Below are positions 41,639 through 52,609 of a DNA stretch of 64,000 nt, piece by piece. The stretch is taken from the NCBI GenBank assembly GCA_944320385.1, contig CALUHH010000003.1, positions 14,638 through 78,637 on the forward strand, in the 5' to 3' direction. This DNA is from an uncultured Atopobiaceae bacterium. Lineage in GTDB: Bacteria > Actinomycetota > Coriobacteriia > Coriobacteriales > Atopobiaceae. Positions within the stretch are counted from its first letter, which is position 1, and each line of letters starts with the position of its first letter. The notes below the pieces were generated by a model. The model was given only the letters and a program-made list of their open reading frames with translations. It ran no database searches and was not told where the DNA came from. A program made the translations under genes and the position numbers.

Positions 41639-42879
41639 TTGCGGCTCCTGAACGGGTTTCTGGGGGCGTGCCAGTGCTCCTTGGCAAAGTGCTCGGCCGC
41701 GTTCTCGGCGGCCGCGGAGAAGCCCTCGGCCTCGGGGTCCTTCTCGGCCTTCCGGCCCTTCTGGTCCTTCTCGCCCGCCGGCTCGTCGCCGAGCGCGCGC
41801 TCCGCGACGATGGCGGCGACGTCGAGCAGCTGCTTCTTGGTGAGGTCGCGCGGGGTCTCAACCTGCACGACGGCCACGAGGTTGCCGCGGGCGATCATGC
41901 CCATGCGCGGCATGCCCTTGCGCTCCACGACGACCTGCTGGCCAAACTGGCAGCCCGCCGGCACCTCCACGGTGACGCGCTCGCCCTCCAAGATGCCGTC
42001 GATCGTGACCGTGGTGCCCACGATGGCCTCCAGCGCGTCGACCTTGACCGTGCAGAACAGGTCGTCGCCGCGGCGCTCGAAGCGGTCGCTCTCGGCCACC
42101 TCGACGCTCACCACGAGGTCGCCCGTGGCGTCGCCGCGCACGCCGGCCTCGCCCTTGCCCGGGACGGTGAGGGTCTGCCCGGAGTGGACGCCCGCGGGCA
42201 CCTGGACCTCGACCTTCTCGCGCGACGGCGTGCGGCCCTGGCCCTCGCAGGTCTCGCAGGGGTGGTCGATGACCTGGCCCTGGCCGTGGCAGGCCGGGCA
42301 GGTGGCCTGCGTCTGCATCTGCCCGAAGATCGTGCGCTGGACCTCGACGACGCGGCCCGTGCCGTGGCAGCGCTCGCAGGTGTGCATCTTGCCGCCCTCG
42401 GCGGCGCCGGTGCCGCCGCAGTCCTCGCAGGGGGCGAGGCGCGTGTAGGCGACGGTCTTCTTGCAGCCGGCGGCCGCCTCCTCGAGGGTCACCGTGAGGC
42501 GGATGCCCATGTCGCGACCGCGGGTGCGGGCCTGCGCGCCGGCGCGCCCGGAGGCGCCGCCGAAGAAGGTATCGAAGATGTCGCCGAAGCCAAAGCCGCC
42601 CCCGCCGAAGATGTCGGAGACGTCCACGTAGTCGGACCCGAAGCCGCCGGGGCCGGACGGGTCGCCGTAGCGGTCGTAGTTGGCGCGCTTCTGGTCGTCC
42701 GAGAGCACGGCGTAGGCCTCGTTGACCTCCTTGAAGCGCTCCTCGGCGTCCGGCGCCTTGTTGACGTCGGGGTGCAGGGTGCGGGCCTTCTTGAGGAAGG
42801 CGCGCTTGATCGTCTTGGCGTCGGCGTCACGAGGCACCTCGAGCACCTCGTAGTAGTCCTTCTTCGGTTCCACGTGCAT
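41635..42879 (-). CDS. dnaJ: Chaperone DnaJ
   Basis: J domain with HPD, G/F region, four CxxCxGxG repeats and C-terminal domain; RBS spacing suggests the real start is GTG 42873. Confidence 0.95.
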   Translation of the reverse strand: MHVEPKKDYYEVLEVPRDADAKTIKRAFLKKARTLHPDVNKAPDAEERFKEVNEAYAVLSDDQKRANYDRYGDPSGPGGFGSDYVDVSDIFGGGGFGFGDIFDTFFGGASGRAGAQARTRGRDMGIRLTVTLEEAAAGCKKTVAYTRLAPCEDCGGTGAAEGGKMHTCERCHGTGRVVEVQRTIFGQMQTQATCPACHGQGQVIDHPCETCEGQGRTPSREKVEVQVPAGVHSGQTLTVPGKGEAGVRGDATGDLVVSVEVAESDRFERRGDDLFCTVKVDALEAIVGTTVTIDGILEGERVTVEVPAGCQFGQQVVVERKGMPRMGMIARGNLVAVVQVETPRDLTKKQLLDVAAIVAERALGDEPAGEKDQKGRKAEKDPEAEGFSAAAENAAEHFAKEHWHAPRNPFRSRK

Positions 42880-42926
42880 ACTCCAGTGACTTGTCCCAAA
42901 CGTTTCCCGAGTGCCTTATACCCCGG

Positions 42927-42950
42927 AAAAGGCGGGGGCACGCCCCCGCC
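42927..42950 (-). terminator. Hairpin terminator after the DnaJ-like gene
   Basis: GGCGGGGGC-GT-GCCCCCGCC followed by TTTT on the minus strand. Confidence 0.6.
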
Positions 42951-42987
42951 GTTCACAAAGCTATCACTTTTCTGAAGCTACCTGAAG

Positions 42988-44106
42988 CTACCAGTAGTAA
43001 CGCCCCACGTAGCCGCCCCGGCCGAGACCGGCCGTGCAGGAGAACATCAGCGCGAAGACGAGCGCGATCATGAAGCCGTTGGAGATGCCGTTGGCCACGG
43101 CCACGCCGGCGTTTCTCCACCAGCGGGGCGCGAGGCGGATGCCGTCGCGCACCACGAGCACCACGCCCACGACCACGGGGATGATCACCATGAGCGAGAG
43201 CGAGGCGAGGGTCGACGTGGCGAGCCCCAGCACCAGAAACGGGATCGCGAAGCCGATGAAGTTGAAGCCGTTGGCCTGGGAGCGCGTGAGCCGCTCCTCG
43301 GGGACGCAGACGCGGCAGACGAAGTCGCCGGTGGACGAGCCGTTGGTGCCCGCGTTGCCCATTCCGGCCACGCGCACCTCGTCGCCGTCGTGCGCGCCGG
43401 CCGGCACGTCGACCACGACCTCGCTCGCCGTGAGCGTGCGGCCCGAGCCGCCGCAGGCCGCGCAGGGGTCCGCGACGACCTTGCCGGTGCCCTCGCACTC
43501 CGGGCAGGTCATCATCATGACGCCGAAGAGGCCCGTGTCCACGGTGATGTGGCCGGCGCCGCCGCAGGTGGGGCAGGTCTCCGGGCGCTCGGCCTCGACC
43601 GAGCCGGAGCCGTGGCAGACGTCGCAGGTCGCATAGCGCTGGTAGGTCACGCCGCGGCGCACGCCCTCCTTGGCCTGCTCGGCGTCGACGGTGAGCTCGT
43701 AGACCACGTCGGCGCCGGCGCGGGGCCTGTACGCCCGCGAGCGGCGCTGGCGCGACGCGCCGCCGAAGCCGCCGAAGCCGCCGCCGAACGGGCCCCAGCC
43801 GAAGGGGCTGCCGCCGAAGGGGTCGCCGTAGCCGCCGGTGCCGGCGGGGGTGCCGTAGCCGGCGCCCGCCCCCGCGAAGGGGTTGCCGGAGCGCATGGCG
43901 TCGTAGCGCTTGCGCTTGTCGGGGTCCGAGAGCACGGCGTAGGCCTCGGAGACCTCCTTGAAGCGCTCCTCGGCGTCCGGCGCCTTGTTGACGTCGGGGT
44001 GGAGCTTGCGCGCCTTGGTCTGGAACGCCTTGCGGATCTCCTCGGTGGACGCGTCCTTCTCGACCTCGAGGATGGCGTAGTAGTCCTTGTCGTTCATCGA
44101 TGCCAT
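42988..44106 (-). CDS. DnaJ paralogue with zinc finger and C-terminal hydrophobic (TM) segments
   Basis: J domain KLHPDVNK, G/F region, four CxxCxGxG; the C-terminus is FNFIGFAIPFLVLGLA...LMVIIPVVVGVVLVV...FMIALVFALMF instead of a full substrate-binding domain. Confidence 0.85.
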   Translation of the reverse strand: MASMNDKDYYAILEVEKDASTEEIRKAFQTKARKLHPDVNKAPDAEERFKEVSEAYAVLSDPDKRKRYDAMRSGNPFAGAGAGYGTPAGTGGYGDPFGGSPFGWGPFGGGFGGFGGASRQRRSRAYRPRAGADVVYELTVDAEQAKEGVRRGVTYQRYATCDVCHGSGSVEAERPETCPTCGGAGHITVDTGLFGVMMMTCPECEGTGKVVADPCAACGGSGRTLTASEVVVDVPAGAHDGDEVRVAGMGNAGTNGSSTGDFVCRVCVPEERLTRSQANGFNFIGFAIPFLVLGLATSTLASLSLMVIIPVVVGVVLVVRDGIRLAPRWWRNAGVAVANGISNGFMIALVFALMFSCTAGLGRGGYVGRYYW

Positions 44107-44237
44107 GTGGCATGTCTCCCTGCTGGCGATACGTCACAGATGGGTGAAGTATACCCGGCATTCAGGGGCTTTAGGGAAACGCCACGGTATCCGCGCAGTT
44201 CGCGGCGGGGCGGCGGGGCGGCGGCGAGGCGCGGCGC

Positions 44238-44708
44238 CTACTCCGAGAGGCGCACCTGCCGGTAGGTCACGCCGCAGCGGTCGAGGATGTTCTTGGAGAT
44301 GCGGTTGTCCTCCGTGCCGTCGTACTTGTCGTCCAGGTAGACGACCTCGCCGATGCCGGCCTGCACCAGGGTCTTGGCGCACTCGTGGCAGGGGAAGAGC
44401 GTGACGTAGACCGTGGCGCCCGTCATGTCCTTGAGCGACCCGCGGTAGTTGAGGATGGCGTTGGCCTCCGCGTGGATGACGTAGTTGTGCTTGTCGTAGA
44501 GCGGGTCGTCGGCGATACCCCAGGGGAACTCGTCGTCGTTGAGGCCGCGCGGGGTGCCGTTGTAGCCCACCGAGAGGATGCGGTGGTTGGTGTCCGCGAT
44601 GCAGGCGCCGACCTGCGTGTTGGGGTCCTTGCTGCGCAGGCTCGCCGCGACGGCGGCCCTCATGAAGAACTCGTCCCAGCTGATGACGTCGGTGCGCTTG
44701 CCCGGCAT
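44238..44708 (-). CDS. dCMP deaminase (ComEB/DCTD-like)
   Basis: RSKDPNTQVGACI, ILSVGYNG, zinc motifs HAEANAI and TLFPCHECAK. Confidence 0.93.
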   Translation of the reverse strand: MPGKRTDVISWDEFFMRAAVAASLRSKDPNTQVGACIADTNHRILSVGYNGTPRGLNDDEFPWGIADDPLYDKHNYVIHAEANAILNYRGSLKDMTGATVYVTLFPCHECAKTLVQAGIGEVVYLDDKYDGTEDNRISKNILDRCGVTYRQVRLSE

Positions 44709-44803
44709 GGCTGCCTCCCTCTCGTGTTTCCGCTGCTAGCATGGCGCATTTGCGCCACGTGCGCAAGGGGCGAGAAGGACGGGCGGGCTGCGGGCGCTTC
44801 TCG

Positions 44804-45115
44804 CCTGGGGTTTGCGCCCCGTCCGGCGCCGGGGCGGCGCCGCGCTTAGGGAATGCGGCCCGTCCGGCGAGAAGGGCATGTTGTGCTTAAAGAATCGCCC
44901 CCGTCTGGCGCTGGGGCGGCGCCGCGCTTAAAGAATCGCTCCCGTCCGGCGAGAAGGGCATGCCGTGCTTAAGAAATCGCCCCCATCCGGACAAATGGCG
45001 GGACGCCCCTCCGGACGGAGACGATTTCTTAAGCACGAACCGGCCCGCCGCCCGAATGGGCCGCGATCCTTAAGCGCGAATCCGCCCGCCGCCCGGACGG
45101 GCCGCGATCTCTAAG
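44804..45115. repeat. Head-to-head 41-bp-period repeat array (family A, copy 2)
   Basis: Forward units at 44845, 44886, 44927, 44968 (plus a degenerate one at 44804); reverse-unit CTTAAG/TCTAAG at 45028, 45069, 45110. Forward spacers alternate CGCYGGGGCGGCGCCGCG and CGAGAAGGGCATGYYGTG. Confidence 0.92.
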
Positions 45116-45155
45116 CGCGCCGCCGACCGCGGCCCAGCCGCTTGGGCAGTCTGTC

Positions 45156-45176
45156 AATTGGGGACTGTCCCCAATT
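45156..45176. repeat. GGGGACTGTCCCC-type palindrome at the 3' end of the oxidoreductase gene
   Basis: AATTGGGGAC-T-GTCCCCAATT, 10-bp perfect arms. Confidence 0.7.
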
Positions 45177-47185
45177 TACAGCTGGTTGGCGGCGGCGTAG
45201 GCGGTGCGGATGGCGCTCGCGATGTCGGCGGTGCGCTCGCCGGAGCAGTCGCCCACCAGCGTCACCGGCACGTCGAGGCCGCTCGCGTCGAAGGGCACGG
45301 CGCGCGAGCCCACCGCCATGACGACCCAGTCGCACGGGATGGTCACGCCCTCGTCGCCGCAGACCGCCTCGACGCCGGCGTCGGTGATCGCGGTCACGCG
45401 CGTGTTGACGTGCTGCTCCACGCCCTTCTCGGCGAACTCCGCCATGATCGTGGGCAGGATGGTCCCGGACTCCCCCGTCGCGATCTGCTCGAGCATCTCC
45501 ACGATGGCCACCTGGCAGCCGCGCGCGAGCAGGTACTCGGCGGTCTCGGTGCCCACGAGGCCTCCGCCGATGACGGCCACGCGGCCCTCGGGCGCGGCCG
45601 CGCCGGCGAGCACGTCCCACGCGGAGACCACGTTGGCACGGTCGGCGCCCGGCACGGGCAGGCACACGTTCTCGGCGCCCACCGCGACGACGACGGCGTC
45701 GAAGCCGGCGAGGTCGGCGGCCGCGACCTCGCGGCCCAGGCGCACGTCGACGCCCAGCGCGGGCAGCTCGCGCTCGTAGTACTCCACGGCGCGCATGATC
45801 TCGGACTTGCGCGGCGGCGCGGCGGCGAGCTCGATCTGGCCGCCGAGGCGCTCGGCACGCTCGAAGAGGGTCACGGCGTAGCCACGCTTGGCGGCCACGC
45901 GCGCGGCCTCGCAGCCGGCGATGCCGCCGCCGACCACGGCCACGCGCTTCTCGCCCTCGCCCGGGCGGATGAAGATCGTGGCCTCGTCGCCGTTCTCGGC
46001 GTTGAGCACGCAGGAGATGCAGCGGCGGCCCTGGATGGCGTCGACGCAACCCTTGTTGCAGTTGAGGCACAGGCGCACCGGCTCGCCGGAGGCCACCTTG
46101 AGGGCGATGTCGGGGTCGGCGAGCAGCGAGCGGCCGTAGCCGATGACGTCTGCCTGGCCGTCCTCGAGGATCTTCTCGCCCGCCTCGGGGGTGACGACGC
46201 GGCCGACCGTGGCCACGGGGATGCCCACGAGGCCCTTCACGCGCTCGGCCACCGGGAGCGTCCAGTTGTAGGGCATCGTGCCCATGGGCGGGATGGTGTC
46301 GCCCATGTTGCCGGTGTGGTTGGCCTGAGCCACCTGGATCATGTCCACGCCCGCCTTCTCCAGCAGCACGGCGAGCTCGCAGGCCTCGTCGGGCTCCAGG
46401 CCGCCCTTGCCGCGCTTGGAGCCGTCCGGGTTGGTCATGATGACGGGGAGCTTGTACTCCACCATGAGGCCGGGCGCGGCCTCCTTGATCGCGGCGACGA
46501 CCTCGAGCGCGTAGCGGACGCGGTTCTCGAAGGGGCCGCCGTAGTCGTCGGTGCGGTGGTTGAGCGCGGTGGAGCACAGCGACCCCACCAGGCGGTCGCC
46601 GTGGACCTCGATGGCGTCGACGCCGGCCTTCTCGGCACGGGCGGCGCAGGCGGCGATGGCGTCCCTGATCTGGGCGAGCTGCTCGACGGTGGCCTCGGAG
46701 ACAAAGTGCTGCATGTCGTGGTGGAGCTTGGCGTAGGCCTGGTTGGCGATCTCCTTGGACTCGGCCATCTTGGCCTGGAAGGTCTCCATGTCGCCGGCGG
46801 CCTGCGCCTTCTGCCCCTCCATCGCCGCCATGCGCGAGGTCATGATGAGCCTGCCCACGCCGGGGACGTCGTACTCGGGGTGGAAGAGCTGCAGGGCGAG
46901 CTTGGCGCCGTGGGCGTGGACGGCGTCGGCGAGCGCGGCGAAGCTCGGGATCTGGGAGTCGTCGCAGAGCTTGGGCGTGGGGCTCGCGGTGTTCACGGGC
47001 GCGACGTCGCCGATGACGATGTAGGAGACCCCGCCCTTGGCGAGGCGCTCGTAGAAGGCGAGGCTGCGCGGGCCGATGGAACCGTCGCGCTCCTCGTAGC
47101 CGGTGGTGAGCGGCGGGAACATGATGCGGTTCTTGAGCGTGAGGTTGCCGACCTTGATCGGCTCGAGCAGCTTGGACGTTGCCAT
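45176..47185 (-). CDS. bilR: OYE-family NADH:flavin oxidoreductase, long form; probable bilirubin reductase
   Basis: TIM-barrel start LKNRIMFPPLTTGYEE, QLFHPEYD, HGDRL at the OYE active-site position (46592-46603), 4Fe-4S motif CLNCNKGC-X11-C, FAD-binding GGGIAG and second Rossmann GGGLVGTETA. The bilR symbol rests on motif recognition, not a search. Confidence 0.72.
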   Translation of the reverse strand: MATSKLLEPIKVGNLTLKNRIMFPPLTTGYEERDGSIGPRSLAFYERLAKGGVSYIVIGDVAPVNTASPTPKLCDDSQIPSFAALADAVHAHGAKLALQLFHPEYDVPGVGRLIMTSRMAAMEGQKAQAAGDMETFQAKMAESKEIANQAYAKLHHDMQHFVSEATVEQLAQIRDAIAACAARAEKAGVDAIEVHGDRLVGSLCSTALNHRTDDYGGPFENRVRYALEVVAAIKEAAPGLMVEYKLPVIMTNPDGSKRGKGGLEPDEACELAVLLEKAGVDMIQVAQANHTGNMGDTIPPMGTMPYNWTLPVAERVKGLVGIPVATVGRVVTPEAGEKILEDGQADVIGYGRSLLADPDIALKVASGEPVRLCLNCNKGCVDAIQGRRCISCVLNAENGDEATIFIRPGEGEKRVAVVGGGIAGCEAARVAAKRGYAVTLFERAERLGGQIELAAAPPRKSEIMRAVEYYERELPALGVDVRLGREVAAADLAGFDAVVVAVGAENVCLPVPGADRANVVSAWDVLAGAAAPEGRVAVIGGGLVGTETAEYLLARGCQVAIVEMLEQIATGESGTILPTIMAEFAEKGVEQHVNTRVTAITDAGVEAVCGDEGVTIPCDWVVMAVGSRAVPFDASGLDVPVTLVGDCSGERTADIASAIRTAYAAANQL

Positions 47186-47384
47186 GAGGGTTCCTCTCCA
47201 TCGGCGATGCGGTCCCCGCCAGCGTAGGGCATGCGGGGGCGCGCACGCAGGAGAGGTCGGAGGGACGCCCGTTCTTCTCGCCGCGCGAGCGAGAAGAACG
47301 CTCTGGTTGAGCCTGAGACTCTGAGGCGACAGACCCTCTAGCAAGCCTCAAGCTCGCAGGTAAGACGGCTTGGAAGCGCCCCTT

Positions 47385-47484
47385 GGAGGGTGTGTACACT
47401 GCCCGGATCCGGACGGTTTGCGTTTCCGCCGGTAGACGAGGTGTCGAGAAGGACGGGCGGGTCGCATGAGTGTACACACCCCCC
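47385..47484. repeat. Family C element (copy 3)
   Basis: GGAGGGTGTGTACAC (47385-47399) faces GTGTACACACCCCCC (47470-47484); internal GAGAAGGACGGGCGGGTCG. Confidence 0.78.
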
Positions 47485-47673
47485 GATGGTTCTTCTCGAC
47501 TGCGGCATGAGGGCCTCCTTCTTGGTCGTCCCGCGCGGACGGATGTCCGCCGTCATTCAGAGAAACTCTATCCAAGCGCATGTCGGCCCACAACCCCCTG
47601 CAACCGAACGGTCGCTCTGGGGAACCGAATAGCACCCGATCGAGGGCTCGGACGAGAAGTGCGCACGGCCCGC

Positions 47674-47867
47674 GACACAAATCGCCTTTTGTGTAAGTGG
47701 TGTACACAAATGAGGATTTGTGTAGCCAGCAGAAGCGGGCTTGAGCAGAGACTAAGCCCTAAGGTTAATGTCTTTATCGACAAGAACATGCGGCTCCACG
47801 GCCCTCCTCGGCCGCGCACACAAATCGCCTTTTGTGTGCGCCGACTACACAAATCGGCTTTTGTGTG
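47674..47867. repeat. 194-bp MITE/REP-like element (family B, copy 2)
   Basis: Palindromes at 47674, 47703, 47817 and 47846; 92-bp core differs from 10109-10200 at about 5 positions; same total length as copy 1. Confidence 0.9.
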
Positions 47868-47879
47868 CGGCGGCCGTGG

Positions 47880-49058
47880 CTAGTCGTCTGCCGCGAGGTC
47901 CCACATGAGGCCGTAGAGCTCGTTGCCGAGGAGCCACCCCCGCTCCGTCGGCACGAGGCGGCCGTCCGCGTCCCAGGCTGCGAGTCCGCGCGAGAGCGCC
48001 CCGTCCACCGCGGCGTCCACGTTCTTCTCGCCCGCCGCCGCCCGCGCGCGCCCGAGCAGCTCCGGGCCCACGCCGCGCGTCATGCGCATGCCGAGCATCA
48101 GGTCCTCCGCCACGGCCTCGCGCACGGTCAGGCGCTCCACGTCGAAGCGCGTGCCCGCGTCGTCGACCTGCACATAGCGCACGCGCGCCGTGCCCGCGCC
48201 GGACGGCTCGCCGCCGAGAAGCGCCGCGAGCCCGTCCCACTCCCCCGCCGCGAGCATGCCCGCCGCCGAGCGGCCCAGTCCGAGGTAGCTCTCGCCCGTC
48301 CAGTACGCGATGTTGTGGGCGCACGCGTGGCCGGGCCGCGCGTAGCTCGCGACCTCGTAGGGACGATAGCCCGCCGCCCCGAGCGCGCGGCGCGCCTCCT
48401 CCATGCACCAGGCCTGGAAGTCGGCGTCCGGCTCGAGCGCGGGCACGTCCGCGGCGCGGCGCGCGAGCGGCGTGCCCTCCTCGAGCGTGAGCGGGTAGAC
48501 CGAGACGTGGTCCGGCACCGCGGCCGCGATGCCGCCCAGCGTGCGCTGCCAGCTCCCCCTCGTCTGGCCGGGCAGGCCGCACATGAGGTCGCAGGAGACG
48601 TCGAGCCCCGCGGCGCGCCCGCGGGCAACGGCCGCGAGCGCCTGCTCCGCGCTGTGGATGCGCCCGATGGCGGCGAGCTCCGCCGGCTCGAGCGTCTGCA
48701 CCCCGAGCGAGACGCGCGTGGCGCCGGCCTCCGCCAGCGCTGCCGCCATGGCGTCGTCGAAGGACTCCGGGTTGGCCTCGCACGTGAGCTCCAAGGGGTC
48801 GCACCACGACCGCACGCGGCGCACGAGACCCGCCAGGCGCGGCCCCAGCACCGTGGGCGTGCCGCCGCCCACGTAGGCCGTGCGCACGCCCGCGAGCGCG
48901 CCGGCCGCGCCAAAGGCGTCGATCCGGGCGAGCAGGCCATCGAGGTAGCGCGCCGCCGCGTCCTCGAGCGCCGCGCCGCACAGGGCACGCGAGTCAAAGT
49001 CGCAGTAGGCGCACTTTGCGTGGCAGAACGGTATGTGCAGGTAGAGCGCGGAGATCAT
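47880..49058 (-). CDS. hemW: Radical SAM heme chaperone HemW (HemN-like)
   Basis: LYLHIPFCHAKCAYCDF, YVGGGTPT, TCEANPES, RVSLGVQ, HVSVYPLTLEEGT, YEVASYA and HNIAYW. Confidence 0.92.
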   Translation of the reverse strand: MISALYLHIPFCHAKCAYCDFDSRALCGAALEDAAARYLDGLLARIDAFGAAGALAGVRTAYVGGGTPTVLGPRLAGLVRRVRSWCDPLELTCEANPESFDDAMAAALAEAGATRVSLGVQTLEPAELAAIGRIHSAEQALAAVARGRAAGLDVSCDLMCGLPGQTRGSWQRTLGGIAAAVPDHVSVYPLTLEEGTPLARRAADVPALEPDADFQAWCMEEARRALGAAGYRPYEVASYARPGHACAHNIAYWTGESYLGLGRSAAGMLAAGEWDGLAALLGGEPSGAGTARVRYVQVDDAGTRFDVERLTVREAVAEDLMLGMRMTRGVGPELLGRARAAAGEKNVDAAVDGALSRGLAAWDADGRLVPTERGWLLGNELYGLMWDLAADD

Positions 49059-49110
49059 CGCACCTCCGTAGGAAGTCAGGCTACATCAGAGCATAGCGCG
49101 CCCGGCGTCC

Positions 49111-49283
49111 GGAGGTGTGCGCACTTCTCCGGGGTGTGCGCACTCCTTTGGGGTGTGTACACGCGCCCGACCCGCCCGTCCTTCTCGTCAAGGCGTTTAC
49201 CTGCGGAAACGCTGTTTGTCTCAAATCGGTCGGTGTACACAACCGGCGGGACCGTACACAACCGAAGGGAGTGTGCACACCCG
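49111..49283. repeat. Family C element, expanded (3 + 3 units; copy 4)
   Basis: GGTGTGCGCAC, GGTGTGCGCAC and GGTGTGTACAC at ~20-bp spacing from 49111, then CCCGCCCGTCCTTCTCG and TTTACCTGCGGAAAC, then GGTGTACACAACC, CGTACACAACC and GTGTGCACACCC. Confidence 0.78.
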
Positions 49284-49318
49284 CGCGGCCCCGCCCAGGC
49301 GAGAAGGACGCGCGCCCC

Positions 49319-50307
49319 TCACTCCCCCAGCACCGCGCGGACCTCGGACGCAACCGCGAGGAACTCCTCGGCCGCCACGCAGCTCATGGCCGCGTTTCTC
49401 CAGCGCGCGGCGTCCGGCATGCCCTTGAAGTACCAGCCCGCGAGGCTGCGCGCCCGCTTGAGGTGGGCGCCGGTGGCCTCGAGCAGGCGCACGTGGCACT
49501 CGAAGGCCGCGATCTTCTCGCCCGTCGTGGGGACGCGGCCCGAGAAGACCCACGGGTTGCCGTAGGTCCCGCGCGCGACCATCACGGCAGAGGCGCCCGT
49601 CTCGGCGAGCGCCCGGGTCGCCGCCTCGTGAGAGAACATGTCGCCGGAGGCGATCACGGGCACGCCCACCGCATCGGCCACGCGGTCGATGACGCCCCAG
49701 TCGGCCTCGCCGTGGTACATCTGCGTGGCAAAGCGCCCGTGAACGGCCACCGCAGCGGCGCCGGCGGCCTCCATCGCGCGCGCGAACTCCGGCGCGACCT
49801 CCTGCCCCGCGTAGCGACCGCGGCGGATCTTCACCGTCACGGGGACGCCCGGCGCGCCCGCGCGGCACGCTGCCACGATCCGGGCGGCGAGCGCGGGGTC
49901 CTCCAGCAGCGCCGAGCCCTCGCCCTTCTTCGTGACCTTGGGCACGGGGCAGGCCATGTTTATGTCGAGAAGCGCGAGGCGCTCCCCCAGGCGCTCCGCC
50001 ACGCGCTCGGCGGACTCGCGGAAGAGCTCGGGCTTGGAGCCAAAGAGCTGCACGGCGATCTTAGGCTCGGCCGGGTCGGGGTCCACGAGCTCCCAGCTCT
50101 TCTCGCCGTAGTGGAGGCCGGCGCAGGAGACCATCTCGGAATAGGCCAGTGCCGCGCCGCCCGCGCGCGCCATGAGGCGGTACGCCGCGTCGGAGACGCC
50201 GGCCATCGGCGCCATGAGCAGCTTGCCCGCAAGCTCGCCGTCCCACGCGGGGCAGGTCGGCGCCAGGCCGGCCGGCGGCGCAAAGGCCGCCAGCACCTCG
50301 GCGGCCG

Positions 50308-50311
<4 letters not shown>
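49319..50311 (-). CDS. dusB: tRNA-dihydrouridine synthase (DusB-like)
   Basis: [44 protein letters not shown] and VMVARG motifs; GTG start overlaps the lepA stop. Confidence 0.92.
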
Positions 50312-52119
<1,808 letters not shown>

Positions 52120-52228
52120 GTGGTGAATGATAGCGAACTCGCGGTCGATATGCTATATTCGTCGGGTTGACCTCGCCGTGTCTCAGCACAGAGGCCTCAC
52201 ATGTATTGGGAACCGAAAGGAACTGCAC

Positions 52229-52492
52229 GTGGCTAACATCAAGTCTCAGAAGAAGCGCATCATCACCGCTGAGAAGGCGCGTCAGCGCAACCGCGCGGTC
52301 CGCTCCGAGCTCAAGACCGCCGTCAAGAAGGTCCGCCTCGCCGTCGAGGCCAAGGACGTCGACGCCGCCCAGGACGCCGCCAACAAGGCCAACCGCCTGC
52401 TCGACAAGGCCGCTTCCAAGGGCATCATCCACAAGAACCAGGCCGCTCAGCGCAAGAGCGGCGTCCAGAAGCTCGTGAACACCATCAAGTAG
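52229..52492 (+). CDS. rpsT: 30S ribosomal protein S20
   Basis: ANIKSQKKRI...RNRAVRSELKTAVK...DKAASKGIIHKNQAAQRKS; GTG start with AAAGGAA RBS. Confidence 0.98.
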   Translation: MANIKSQKKRIITAEKARQRNRAVRSELKTAVKKVRLAVEAKDVDAAQDAANKANRLLDKAASKGIIHKNQAAQRKSGVQKLVNTIK

Positions 52493-52516
52493 CTTCTCCC
52501 TCAGAGCGCACGTGAG

Positions 52517-52548
52517 CGGACCCGGGGTGCTGCCCGGGTCCGTTTTTT
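52517..52548 (+). terminator. Intrinsic terminator after rpsT
   Basis: CGGACCCGGG-GTGCTG-CCCGGGTCCG followed by TTTTTT. Confidence 0.88.
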
Positions 52549-52609
52549 GTGGCGGGGTTCCGGGCGCGCGTTCTTCTCGGCCCGACGCTCTTCTCGGCCC
52601 GCAACAAAC

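Noticed and set aside
42880-42930. CIRCE operator upstream of dnaJ
   Set aside because: Only a half-site-like AAGGCACTC is present; the second half at N9 spacing is missing and no hrcA is nearby.
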